A stretch of 32,164 nucleotides of DNA from a virus, in IMG/VR virus record IMGVR_UViG_3300045988_105262. The stretch is one strand, 5' to 3'. A model generated the notes under the pieces. The model searched no databases. It was not told the DNA's origin and saw only the letters and a list, made by a program, of their open reading frames with translations. Below are positions 8,097 to 16,923 of the stretch, piece after piece. Within the stretch, counting starts at the first letter, position 1, and each line of letters starts with the position of its first letter. The translations under genes were made by a program, and so were the position numbers.

Positions 8097-9314
8097 TCAG
8101 CCCGCCTGAACGTCCACGATGCGCAGCAGATCCGGCTGCTCGATCTGGATGTCGTAGTAAGTGGACAGCACAATATCGGTCGTGCGCGCCTTGGCGTGAC
8201 GCTCCGTCTCATAGGCGATCGGGCTGTCGTAGTTGAGATGAATTGTTTTGAGATTGCCGACAACCGGCTTGTCCACATAGCTGCTGATGACCGGCGTGAA
8301 ACCGATAATCTGGCGCGTCGGATCACTGAAGAGCGCTACCGCACCGTTGGCCAACGTTTTAATCATGCCCATCCAGTCACTCATTTTGAGCGCAACCTTG
8401 TAAACGCCCTGCGGACGAGTCGGCAGATCGGCAAGCGCGGTCATAATGCCGTCCAGCAAATCGGTCTTGCTGGTCGTAGTCTTCACACCCACGCTGCTGT
8501 CGTAGACACTCATATGAGTGTAGTTTCCAGCCGCCACAGTAGCGAAGATACGCTTACACAGGCGTGTACGCATCATCTCAGCATGACGGGTATTAATATA
8601 GCTTTCAATGGCGGTGTTAGTATCCGTCAGAAGCGAATTGGGCACGGTTACAGCTTTAGCATACGGCAGACGGCCAAAAGTCAGCATGCTAGCAGTCAGA
8701 GTCGCATCCGGCGCATCGGTGCCGTCGGCCACGTCGTCGCCGTCCACGTCGGCCGTCGTCACCTTGGGCATCTCCAGCCCGGTGATGCTGGTCGTGGTGA
8801 TCTCCGCAAGGATGCTATCATCCTCGACGATATCGCGGATGATTTGGTCGCTAACGTTTTTAGGCAGCAGGTAGCCGCCGTTTCCGGCCGCGCCCCCGGT
8901 CGTCACCGTCGGCAGGCTCAGGGCATTGATCGTCTCCTGCGGGATGGCCGCGCCGGTGAGCAGCGCGCGGTACAGGCCGCCAAGCGCCTCGGCGTTGTGC
9001 TGCGCGACGGTCTCCAGCTTGCGGTTAAAACCGGCCGCCACGCGGCTGGCCTGCGCCTGCATCTCGGTCTGCGCGGCCTCCATCGTCTGATCGTAGAGTG
9101 CCTTTTTCTCGGCGATCTGGTCATAAATGGCCTTGCCGTCCTCGGCTTTCGCGCCGTTCGCGCCGACCTTATCGGCCAGCTGGGCGCGCAGCGCCTTGAT
9201 TTCGCCTGCCAGCGTCTGCGCCTGTGCCAGCAGGGCGTTGGCGTCCACCTTGGCCCACACGCGGCCAGTCGTCTGACCCGCCAGATAGCGCATACGCATG
9301 TTCATGTTTTTCAT
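8097..9314 (-). CDS. Major capsid protein, HK97 family, with N-terminal coiled-coil delta domain
   Basis: 405 aa, follows the ClpP-type protease gene. The N-terminal roughly 100 aa are coiled-coil. RBS GAGGAGG lies 7 nt before the ATG. Confidence 0.85.
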   Translation of the reverse strand: MKNMNMRMRYLAGQTTGRVWAKVDANALLAQAQTLAGEIKALRAQLADKVGANGAKAEDGKAIYDQIAEKKALYDQTMEAAQTEMQAQASRVAAGFNRKLETVAQHNAEALGGLYRALLTGAAIPQETINALSLPTVTTGGAAGNGGYLLPKNVSDQIIRDIVEDDSILAEITTTSITGLEMPKVTTADVDGDDVADGTDAPDATLTASMLTFGRLPYAKAVTVPNSLLTDTNTAIESYINTRHAEMMRTRLCKRIFATVAAGNYTHMSVYDSSVGVKTTTSKTDLLDGIMTALADLPTRPQGVYKVALKMSDWMGMIKTLANGAVALFSDPTRQIIGFTPVISSYVDKPVVGNLKTIHLNYDSPIAYETERHAKARTTDIVLSTYYDIQIEQPDLLRIVDVQAG

Positions 9315-9326
9315 TTTTTGTCCTCC

Positions 9327-10094
9327 TCACATGTCGGCGATCAGCGCGTCGGCCATCGCCAGATAATCATTGTCGTCCTCCTCGACCACTGGGGGCGGCT
9401 CAGAAGGTTTCGCTGCCGCTTTGCGCGGGGCAATATGCAGCGCTGAGCGCACGCGGCGCACATCCTCGACAGACATGGCGACGTAGCGATCGCGCAGCGC
9501 AGCCATCGCCTGCGTCTCCTCATCGTCATCCTCCTCCGCCGGGTCGATGACCTCATCGCACAGACCGACGTTCAGCGCCTCAGTCGGGGACAGGTAGCGT
9601 TCGGCGTCCAGCATGGCGCGCAGCTCCTCCTCGGTGCACGTCGCCCGCTGCATGTAGATATCCACCATAACGCTCCCAATCGCATCGAGCACCTCGGCCT
9701 GCTTGCGCATTTCCTCAGCATTGCCATAGGCATAGCTCCAAGGATTATGGATCATCATCATGCTGGCGCGGCACATCTGAAGCTTGCCCGGGTCAGCGGC
9801 CATAGCGATGTAACTCGCCGCGCTGGCCGCGAGGCCCATTACGCGCACGGTCGTCCCGCCCTCCCGGGCGGCGAGCATATTGTAAATCTCAAAGCCCGCA
9901 AAAACGTCGCCGCCGGGGCTGTTGATCGAGATGATGATGTCCTGCCCCTCATGCTCATCAAGCGCCGCGCGGAAGGCCTCGGGCGTGACCGAGTCGCTGT
10001 ACCAGTCAGCCCCGGTGTCGATCACGCCATCGATGGCCAGCGTCGGCGTATCGCCGTCGTCGATCCACGCGTAAAAAGGTTGATTTTTCGGCAT
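9327..10094 (-). CDS. ClpP-family (S14) prohead maturation protease
   Basis: Motif ISINSPGGDVFAGFEIYNML and the ClpP-like core. Lies between the portal and capsid genes. Confidence 0.9.
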   Translation of the reverse strand: MPKNQPFYAWIDDGDTPTLAIDGVIDTGADWYSDSVTPEAFRAALDEHEGQDIIISINSPGGDVFAGFEIYNMLAAREGGTTVRVMGLAASAASYIAMAADPGKLQMCRASMMMIHNPWSYAYGNAEEMRKQAEVLDAIGSVMVDIYMQRATCTEEELRAMLDAERYLSPTEALNVGLCDEVIDPAEEDDDEETQAMAALRDRYVAMSVEDVRRVRSALHIAPRKAAAKPSEPPPVVEEDDNDYLAMADALIADM

Positions 10095-10097
10095 TTT

Positions 10098-11339
10098 TTA
10101 ATCCTTTCCAGCGGCACTGTTGTGCTCGCCGTTGATAGTATTGAGGTCAATTGTCGCGCCCTTGGCGACCAGATTGACCGGCGCGAGATCTTTGCTGACC
10201 AGTAGCGTGTCGCCGCCATCCATAGGCGCAAGGCCCAGCTTGGCGCGCGCCTCGTTGGGCGTGATCTGGCCGTTGCGGATGCGCGTCTGCATTAGATTGG
10301 CTCGCGCCTGTGCGTTGGCCTTGAGGTAAGCATCCGCCTCAACGACAAAATGCCAGCCGTCCGCGCGCTCCTGCGGAGTTAGCAGCCACCAATCAAGCTC
10401 CTGCCTCCACTCCTCCACGCGCGGCAGCATTGTCGTCGTCAAAAACTCAAGGTTTTGCTCCTCGGCGGAGGCTTTGCTCTGCGCGCCGCTGTCACCCAGC
10501 AGCGCCGCAGGCATACCGTAGACCATCGCCACGCGCGACCGCGTGATCTGATCGACTGTCTTTGTGCCCGCGTCAAAGGGAGACGTGGTAACGTTAGAAA
10601 GCTTCACTCCAGACTCCAGCGCCAAAACCTTGCCGCCGCTCTGCTTGTACAGGGTGAGGGTCTCCTCCACGCTTTTCTGCCGCCGCTCACCGGCCAGCGT
10701 TGTGGGGTACTCCAAGACGATGGCCTTGTTGATGCTTTTGAGGTTCTCCAAGCTAAACGCCTTGACTGCCTCGTTATATTGGATCGAGCCACGCAGCAGC
10801 GCGACGGGATCGATGCTTGTGATGCCGTCCGTGCTGGAAAACAATAGCGACATAACAAAAAAGTGAGGTAAATACTCAACCTCTCCATCGTCTCGTTGGA
10901 TAGCGTACCAGACCTCGCGGGTCACGTCATCGATCAGCGTCGTCACGCGCGACGCGTCCACCGGCTCGATCGACGCAAGCCGAAAAGCATCATCATATCG
11001 CTTGACCGCGTAGGCGCGGCCCAGCGTGTTGCGGCCGATTTCCATCGCCAGCTTAAAGGCGTAGGCGCTCTGACGTGCGTTGGCTCGCACGCCGACCAGC
11101 TGCGCCCGTGGGTCGTCCGTCACGTGCTCCCAGCCGTGCATCAGCGCAATGGGCATCAGCGCAAAAGCCTTGCTGATGCGGTTGATCGCGCCCGTAATCA
11201 CGTCGCTGGTCGCCATCTCCATCTGCGCGCGCGAATAGGTCTGCGACCACATCAGCCGCGCGCTGTCTCGCGGTGCGTCTCGTGCCCTTTTGCTTTGCGC
11301 ACGCGCCCTCTTTGCGGGTGTGCGTGTCGTCTTGCTCAT
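10098..11339 (-). CDS. Portal protein (HK97-family pattern)
   Basis: 413 aa, upstream of the protease. ATGA overlap with the previous gene. Confidence 0.8.
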   Translation of the reverse strand: MSKTTRTPAKRARAQSKRARDAPRDSARLMWSQTYSRAQMEMATSDVITGAINRISKAFALMPIALMHGWEHVTDDPRAQLVGVRANARQSAYAFKLAMEIGRNTLGRAYAVKRYDDAFRLASIEPVDASRVTTLIDDVTREVWYAIQRDDGEVEYLPHFFVMSLLFSSTDGITSIDPVALLRGSIQYNEAVKAFSLENLKSINKAIVLEYPTTLAGERRQKSVEETLTLYKQSGGKVLALESGVKLSNVTTSPFDAGTKTVDQITRSRVAMVYGMPAALLGDSGAQSKASAEEQNLEFLTTTMLPRVEEWRQELDWWLLTPQERADGWHFVVEADAYLKANAQARANLMQTRIRNGQITPNEARAKLGLAPMDGGDTLLVSKDLAPVNLVAKGATIDLNTINGEHNSAAGKD

Positions 11340-11734
11340 CCTTTGTCGTCCTCCTTTGCCATCAAGTCATAGGGCTGACCGTCTGCATCCACGCCAAAAC
11401 CACGAGTAGCAGATAGTGGCCAGTAGTGACGCTTCTGCTCGGCTACATAGGTTTCCGGACCGAGCGCGTTAAGCGTCCAGCCCGCTTTGCGCAATGCCTC
11501 ATAAAGCACAAAGCGCGCTTTCTCCGCCGCGCCCAGCGCGTCGCGCGTACGGATTACAACAAGGTCATAGGTCACGCGCACGCGAACAGGCCGGTTTCCG
11601 GCACTCTGTACAAAGTCGTCTGCGCGCGGCCGATATCCGATTGCCACGCCATCCAGTCTCGCTGTATAAGGCCAGTGGCCATACGGCACGCCAACGCCTT
11701 TCAGCGCACGGCTGATGCTCTCCTCAGGGGTCAT
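11336..11734 (-). CDS. Small virion-assembly protein (possible tail completion / head-tail connector component)
   Basis: 132 aa, translationally coupled (AAGGAGG RBS; start overlaps the upstream stop). No recognisable catalytic motifs. Confidence 0.3.
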   Translation of the reverse strand: MTPEESISRALKGVGVPYGHWPYTARLDGVAIGYRPRADDFVQSAGNRPVRVRVTYDLVVIRTRDALGAAEKARFVLYEALRKAGWTLNALGPETYVAEQKRHYWPLSATRGFGVDADGQPYDLMAKEDDKG

Positions 11735-12147
11735 GTCATTCCTCCTTGCAGTTCCATGATGATAGAGTTGACTTTTTTTGTTGCTTTGCGGGTACCGGTC
11801 TTAAACCACCGTCGCGCACCCATATTCGTACGACCATACTCCAATACAAAGCCAACTGTTTCGGCTCGCCGTGGCTTGCCACGCGTACCCGTATATGTAC
11901 CCTGCGGCCAAACCTCGATCATCGCCGCGTCGCCTGTGAAAAACGTCGGACCAGGTTTAACCATATTTTCAAGTGGCTGACCAGGCTTTTTTCCCTTAAA
12001 TCTCTTTGCGCCCTCATCCCTGACACTTTCCGCCGTCACCTCTGCAGCCATCTCCATGACCGTACGAATGCGGCTTTCCAGTGTTGTATCCACTTTAGTC
12101 ATCTGAATAAAAAGACCATTCAGACCATCTACCGTGATTTTTGCCAT
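11731..12147 (-). CDS. HK97 gp10-like head-tail component
   Basis: Probable start is MAKITVDGLNGL... at 12147 (GGTGG RBS), not 12201. Size and N-terminal pattern resemble the gp10 family. Confidence 0.45.
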   Translation of the reverse strand: MAKITVDGLNGLFIQMTKVDTTLESRIRTVMEMAAEVTAESVRDEGAKRFKGKKPGQPLENMVKPGPTFFTGDAAMIEVWPQGTYTGTRGKPRRAETVGFVLEYGRTNMGARRWFKTGTRKATKKVNSIIMELQGGMT

Positions 12148-12476
12148 GATCCCACCACCGTATGCCGACTTTCTGACAGCGTTGCACGGGCCTTGACCCA
12201 ACGACCGTCATTGTAAATCGCGTCAATGCTACGGATTTCGTACTCACCGCCATGCCATACGATCACATCATCCGGCCTTAACTCCCGTGCACGCATCGTA
12301 AACGTTTTACTATGCAATACGCCTGCGGCCTCAGCTGTATCAAACTCCTTATCGCTTTCGTCCCGCACACATGCGCTGGTGACAGCAACAACTTCGTACC
12401 CGCATTCATTAGGCCATATGCGCCGCAGAATGCGCACTGTATGCCGCAACATATTCCTGCGCTGATCTCCTGCCAT
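12129..12476 (-). CDS. Head-tail joining / head closure protein (Phage_H_T_join-like pattern)
   Basis: 115 aa. LRHTVRILRR...GYEVV...FTMRARELRPDDVIVWHGGEYEIRSIDAIYNDGRWVKARA matches the typical family layout. AAGGAG RBS. Confidence 0.55.
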   Translation of the reverse strand: MAGDQRRNMLRHTVRILRRIWPNECGYEVVAVTSACVRDESDKEFDTAEAAGVLHSKTFTMRARELRPDDVIVWHGGEYEIRSIDAIYNDGRWVKARATLSESRHTVVGSWQKSR

Positions 12477-12486
12477 AAGCTTCTCC

Positions 12487-14220
12487 TTACAAATCGAAGA
12501 TGATTGGTCGGCTGTCTCGATAGCTGTCCCCAGGAACGATCCGATCTTCCATCCGCAGGATGTAACCGTTCATACCTGCCATGAAGCCGTCGATTTTTTT
12601 TTGTGCGTTTTGATGTGTGCCCGCGCGCTTGGTTGGGTACCAATTTTCTTTTTCCTGCATAAAAAAATCTGCCTTTAAACGGACATTACGCAGATACCAT
12701 GTATACATCTCATCATGAAACCAAAATACGTTACCATCCAGCAGCTCCTCTTTGTAGGCTTTCATCGGCGCGTTGAAGGTCATCGGCCCCTGTCGTACTT
12801 CGCGGCAAATAAAACCATCCGACGTCAGCGCCTTGACCAGCTCCGGCGCATTATAAGGGTCGTATCCGATAGCGCGGAGGTCGTACAGTGCACGCTGTTC
12901 CTTGAACCACTCGCGCAGCAACTCATATTTGACATAGTGACCGGGCACGATGGTCAGCCAGCCGCGATCCACGAAATGCTGCCAGTCTTTTGTCTCGCGC
13001 CCGTTCCCGCGTTTGATCTTATCTTCCGGCATCCAGCTATGCTGCTTGATAGCCGTGCGATGATCCGGCAGGTCAAGCACGACGGCCGAGCTGGTGACGT
13101 CCTCACTTTTAGACAGGTCAAAGCCGCCCCACGCGGGACACAGTAGCGGCACATCCGTTTCGCTGAGATCGTTGCGCCGGATCGTATCCAGTGAGACGAA
13201 TACAGATTCAGGTGGCTGTGTGAAGACGTTAAGCTGCTTGGTGATAAAATCGGCAAGCTCGGTCGGCGAGCGTTTTGCGCGCTCATAGTCAAGCACCATA
13301 TCTTCAAGGTCAAGCAGCACGCCTATCGCAGGGTTGGCCATGATCCATGTCTCAGGATCGTGATAGTCAAGACCCGCATCGATCTCATAGATGATTGGCA
13401 GATAGCTGTCGATGGCTCTTTCATCCAGCTCTGGGTCTCGGTCGAGCACCTTTTTCGCGTACAGGTAGTGATACATTGCCGGGCCGTCAAGTACCGTGCC
13501 CGCAGTCATTGTGTACCAGAGCAGCGGCTGACGACGTTTTTTCATCGGGCGGAGGATCTGATTGATCTGGTCAAAATTGACTTCTGCCTCCATCTCGTCC
13601 TTGACCACAAAATAAGGTCGTAGACCGTCAAGGCTTGCTGGGTCGTTGGTCAGGTAAGTGACGCGCGTGAAGTCCGGCTCATAGATGCTTTCACTGCGCC
13701 GTAGTTTAATCTGTCGGCGAAGGATCGGACTCATCAGCATCTGACCATAAAAATCCATGTAGCCGCGCTTAGCCTGTTTTCCGTTATTTGCGCAAAAATA
13801 ATTTTCCGCGCCCGTCTCGCCGCCTTTGGTGGACATATAGCCCATTTTACCCGACATGCGCGCCGTCTTGCCGTTGCCGCGTCCAACCATCTCCAGCACT
13901 TCACGATAGCGTCGCGCGTCCTTTTTTGCGTCAATCCAGCCAAAAGCCTGACAATCGATAAATTCCTGCCACGGCATAAAGCGAAATTTTTCATAGTTTC
14001 CAGCCGTCGGTCGAAGAAACTCTTCACAAAATCGCACTGGTCGCCGCGCTAAATCCAGGTCATAGCGGTAGCGCCATCCCCCTTTCTCCGCGCGGCGCAG
14101 ATCGTCGATAAAATGCTGCGCCTGCTTGTGTATCGTCACCGGCGCGCAGATGCGATCCTCGAGCACATCCACAGCGTATTTTCCGGCTGGGCTACGCATG
14201 GCCTGCGTCATCACGCTCAC
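12487..14220 (-). CDS. terL: Terminase large subunit (Terminase_1-like)
   Basis: 577 aa. Walker A VGRGNGKT. GTG start overlaps the TerS stop (GTGA). Confidence 0.9.
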   Translation of the reverse strand: MSVMTQAMRSPAGKYAVDVLEDRICAPVTIHKQAQHFIDDLRRAEKGGWRYRYDLDLARRPVRFCEEFLRPTAGNYEKFRFMPWQEFIDCQAFGWIDAKKDARRYREVLEMVGRGNGKTARMSGKMGYMSTKGGETGAENYFCANNGKQAKRGYMDFYGQMLMSPILRRQIKLRRSESIYEPDFTRVTYLTNDPASLDGLRPYFVVKDEMEAEVNFDQINQILRPMKKRRQPLLWYTMTAGTVLDGPAMYHYLYAKKVLDRDPELDERAIDSYLPIIYEIDAGLDYHDPETWIMANPAIGVLLDLEDMVLDYERAKRSPTELADFITKQLNVFTQPPESVFVSLDTIRRNDLSETDVPLLCPAWGGFDLSKSEDVTSSAVVLDLPDHRTAIKQHSWMPEDKIKRGNGRETKDWQHFVDRGWLTIVPGHYVKYELLREWFKEQRALYDLRAIGYDPYNAPELVKALTSDGFICREVRQGPMTFNAPMKAYKEELLDGNVFWFHDEMYTWYLRNVRLKADFFMQEKENWYPTKRAGTHQNAQKKIDGFMAGMNGYILRMEDRIVPGDSYRDSRPIIFDL

Positions 14221-14633
14221 AGGTCTTCGCCTCCATCATCCAGCGGAGACTCGCCACCGTCAAAACCGTCCCAGGCTTTGTCCAGCTCGTCCGTCTCCTC
14301 CTCATCCTCATCTTTTGCCGGTCGTCCGCGCGGGCGCTGCGGCAAAAGCAGCAGGTCATCAAGGTTTTTGCGCATTTCGTTTTCGCACATTGCACGGTTT
14401 TTTATCAAGCCGCGCAATCTATTCGGTGTTTTTTCCTCCGAATCTCCCTTCACAACTTCCGCGATCATCCGCGCGATATCCGCAGCCTCCTGCATCCACT
14501 GTACCGCGCTTTTGAGCACTGCCGCCGTCGCGGCGTTCCACTGCTTCCGCTCTTCAAGCATCGCTTTTCCTTCGGCATAGAGCTTCTGCGCGCTCTTGTC
14601 GCCGATGCCGTATAAATCAGGGTCTTTTTTCAC
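14217..14633 (-). CDS. terS: Terminase small subunit (by position; P27-like C-terminal ...LLLLPQRPRGRP)
   Basis: 138 aa, directly upstream of and coupled to terL. GTG start lies 7 nt after GGGAGGTGA. Confidence 0.55.
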   Translation of the reverse strand: MKKDPDLYGIGDKSAQKLYAEGKAMLEERKQWNAATAAVLKSAVQWMQEAADIARMIAEVVKGDSEEKTPNRLRGLIKNRAMCENEMRKNLDDLLLLPQRPRGRPAKDEDEEETDELDKAWDGFDGGESPLDDGGEDL

Positions 14634-14649
14634 CGCTTATCACCTCCCG

Positions 14650-15422
14650 TTAAAAGAGTTTGGTCTGCTCGCTTTTATGCATCGACATGCCAATCACGTC
14701 CTCCATACGTACTTGGCTTTGTGCTTTTTCAATCTCCCGACATGCAACAGCGTACATCTGCGGATCGAGCTCGATTCCGACAAAGTTGCGTCCTTCAGCA
14801 TGCGCTGCCACGCCAGTCGAACCACTACCCATTGTAAAATCCAATACAGTTTCACCAACATTGCTGTATGCGCAAATCAGATACCTCAACAGATCAACCG
14901 GATTTTGTGTTGGATGGACCCTTTCCGACGTTTTAACGGACGGAAAATCAAGCAAATCGTTAGGATAATACTCACTTCCTTCCGCAACAGATGCGCCCGC
15001 TGCGCCATAAACTCCGAGTCGCTTTTCTTTGCTTTTCCTTATTGCATATTGTCCTTGTACCATCTGCGGATTATAGGTGCTCTGCCTTCCAGCAAAAATT
15101 ACAATATTCTCGCATACTCTCATCGGTTGCTTCTTGGCGTTTAAAAAATTGCGTGCAGAATGCTTATACCATGTCAATTGATATTTAAAATCTCTCAGAT
15201 TACTATGCACTAATTCAGCAGAAAATGGCATTTGACAAAACAGAGCGATTACCCCCCAGGCTTGATAACACGTCGAAGGGCACGCCACATTTCATCCAAA
15301 GGGATCACGCTATCCCACTTACAAGCAGTTACACCATACGGCGGATCGGTCAGAACAAGATCGACACTGTGTTCCGGAAGCTTTTGCATCTTCTCAATAG
15401 CGTCTCCGCAAATCAGCTGCAT
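14650..15422 (-). pseudogene. N6-adenine/N4-cytosine DNA methyltransferase (DPPY ... HPTQNP ... FTMGSGST) split by a frameshift at a G6 run
   Basis: A 57-codon N-terminal ORF (15422..15249) reads MQLICGDAIEKMQKLPEHSVDLVLTDPPYGVTACKWDSVIPLDEMWRALRRVIKPGG* and is not in the track. The C-terminal frame (14650..15288) continues ...WGVIALFCQMPFSAEL.... One extra G in the run at 15252..15257 would give IKPGGVIALF. Confidence 0.8.
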
Positions 15423-15435
15423 TCAATTGACCTCC

Positions 15436-15921
15436 TTATTCCGCCGTGATTTTAATCACTCGCACACCCGCCAGCTCGGCTAACGTGGCCGCATTGTCCT
15501 TCGCACCACCATGCCGTTCCGGGTGCATCCGCTCGTGGCAGGCGTCGCACAGGCTTATCAAATTATCAAGCTCAAGCGCCTTTTCCGGCGCGACTTTCAG
15601 CGGCATGATATGATGCACCATCGTCGCTCGTACCGGGAGAAGGCGTCCGACATAGTCCATTTCATACCGTCCCTCTTTGGCGCAAAGCTGACACTCACCC
15701 ATATCTCGATCCAGCGCCTGCTTTCGCGCCGCGCGCCACGCCGCCGTGCTGTAAAAGGGGTCTGTCTCTTTTTTTTTTGCCTTTCCTCCCGCTTTTTCAT
15801 CCACATCCAGCGTGTCCTCCCCTAAAGAAAAACCGCAGACCCGGCATTTTTCGCCGTTCTTGCGGTTCGCTTTTCTTTTTTTGTTGAGTGTATCATATCG
15901 TATAGGCAAGGGTGGGTACAA
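15436..15921 (-). CDS. HNH endonuclease (terminase-associated type)
   Basis: CQLC ... VHHIMP ... NLISLCDACH..H motifs. Located upstream of terS/terL. The start is uncertain (TTG at 15921 or 15909, no clear SD). Confidence 0.8.
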   Translation of the reverse strand: MYPPLPIRYDTLNKKRKANRKNGEKCRVCGFSLGEDTLDVDEKAGGKAKKKETDPFYSTAAWRAARKQALDRDMGECQLCAKEGRYEMDYVGRLLPVRATMVHHIMPLKVAPEKALELDNLISLCDACHERMHPERHGGAKDNAATLAELAGVRVIKITAE

Positions 15922-16007
15922 GGGGTAAAAGGGGGTATTTAGGGGTATGGATGGGTGTCAAGGGGTATTTTAGGGTATTTATGGGTACACAGGGGTATCA
16001 GTGGGTA
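15910..16007. repeat. Helically phased array of GGGTA cores (TACCC on the minus strand), about 10 copies
   Basis: GGGT(A/G) cores start at 15923, 15933, 15943, 15953, 15963, 15973, 15983, 15993 and 16003, exactly 10 bp apart, with one more at 15914. The array fills the 76-bp gap between the late-regulator and HNH genes. Confidence 0.9.
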
Positions 16008-16468
16008 TCGCGTCTCCCGCTTTCCATCACCAGACGCATGTATGCTTCATTTCTTTCCAGCCCGCTAGTTATCTCGGTCAGCAGCTCGCGCCCGCGCCTG
16101 TAAAGCGCTTTCGCGGTGGCCGTGCTGGTCAGGTGCAGCTCGCCCATCATCTGCCGCATCGTCTGTCCCTCTACCAGCCGCCCGTACATCATCCGCGCGA
16201 CCAGCGGATCGCTGAGCCGCCCGCAAAGCATCGCCGCCTCGATCACCTCGAAGCTGTGCGCCGTCTCTTTCGCTTTCGCGCGCCGTTCCAGCTCGTCGAT
16301 CTGCGTGACTATCTCGCCCATCTTGTCGCCGCTTCCGCCGTGTCCCTGAGCGTCCGTGCTGCGGGTGCAGCGGGTCAGCGCATCGCGCGCAAAGTATATC
16401 CGCGCATTAAGCTGCTCCATCTCCTGCGCGTATGTCTGGCAGCGCCGTAGCACGTCAAGCCCAGTCAT
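15998..16468 (-). CDS. Putative late-gene transcription regulator (sigma-70 region-4-like HTH in the C-terminal half)
   Basis: LSDPLVARMMYGRLVEGQTMRQMMGELHLTSTATAKALYRRGRELL resembles sigma region 4 / ArpU-like activators. Its position just upstream of the packaging genes fits. AAAGGGGAGGA RBS. Confidence 0.4.
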   Translation of the reverse strand: MTGLDVLRRCQTYAQEMEQLNARIYFARDALTRCTRSTDAQGHGGSGDKMGEIVTQIDELERRAKAKETAHSFEVIEAAMLCGRLSDPLVARMMYGRLVEGQTMRQMMGELHLTSTATAKALYRRGRELLTEITSGLERNEAYMRLVMESGRRDTH

Positions 16469-16471
16469 CGG

Positions 16472-16912
16472 TCAATCCTCCCCTTTATCTGTCCACGGAT
16501 TCATCGCCATTTCTTCGGTTGTCGGTTCGTCGCTCCACAAGCGCCACTCGACTCCATAGCTGTCCATCGCTTTCGCCTGATACATACCAATCATGCGGTT
16601 GGATGTGAGGGAGACGCTGGGCATCAGGTGCGGCTTAATCTTCAGCTCCTGCCACAGTGGTACATACAGCGGCAAGAGGCCGACAGCCACGCTCACCTCA
16701 TCCAGCGTCAGCGGCCGACCGAGCCGCTTCGGGACACCTTTAGCCGCTCGTTCCGCGCTCGCCTTTGCATCTTCTGCTGTGTCGGCTTTCTCCCCATATG
16801 GCGCGCACACGCCGCATTTGCAGACATACTGTCCCCAGTGCCGGTCTTTCTCATCATACGCCCAGTAGCTCATCTCACGCCCGCACCAGCGGCAAAGAAT
16901 TTTCCCTTCCAC
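16472..16912 (-). CDS. Zn-ribbon protein (CxxC ... CxCxxC; Lar-like N-terminus), function unknown
   Basis: GTG 16912 lies 6 nt after GGAGGG. The upstream extension to 17005 overlaps the preceding gene. Sequence VEGKILCRWCGREMSYWAYDEKDRHWGQYVCKCGVCAPYGE. Confidence 0.5.
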   Translation of the reverse strand: MEGKILCRWCGREMSYWAYDEKDRHWGQYVCKCGVCAPYGEKADTAEDAKASAERAAKGVPKRLGRPLTLDEVSVAVGLLPLYVPLWQELKIKPHLMPSVSLTSNRMIGMYQAKAMDSYGVEWRLWSDEPTTEEMAMNPWTDKGED

Positions 16913-16923
16913 GTTTATCCCTC

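Noticed and set aside
14113-14580. Plus-strand ORFs of 155 and 129 aa opposite terS
   Set aside because: They are antisense to the coupled terS-terL pair and give a Ser/Pro/Arg-rich low-complexity translation.
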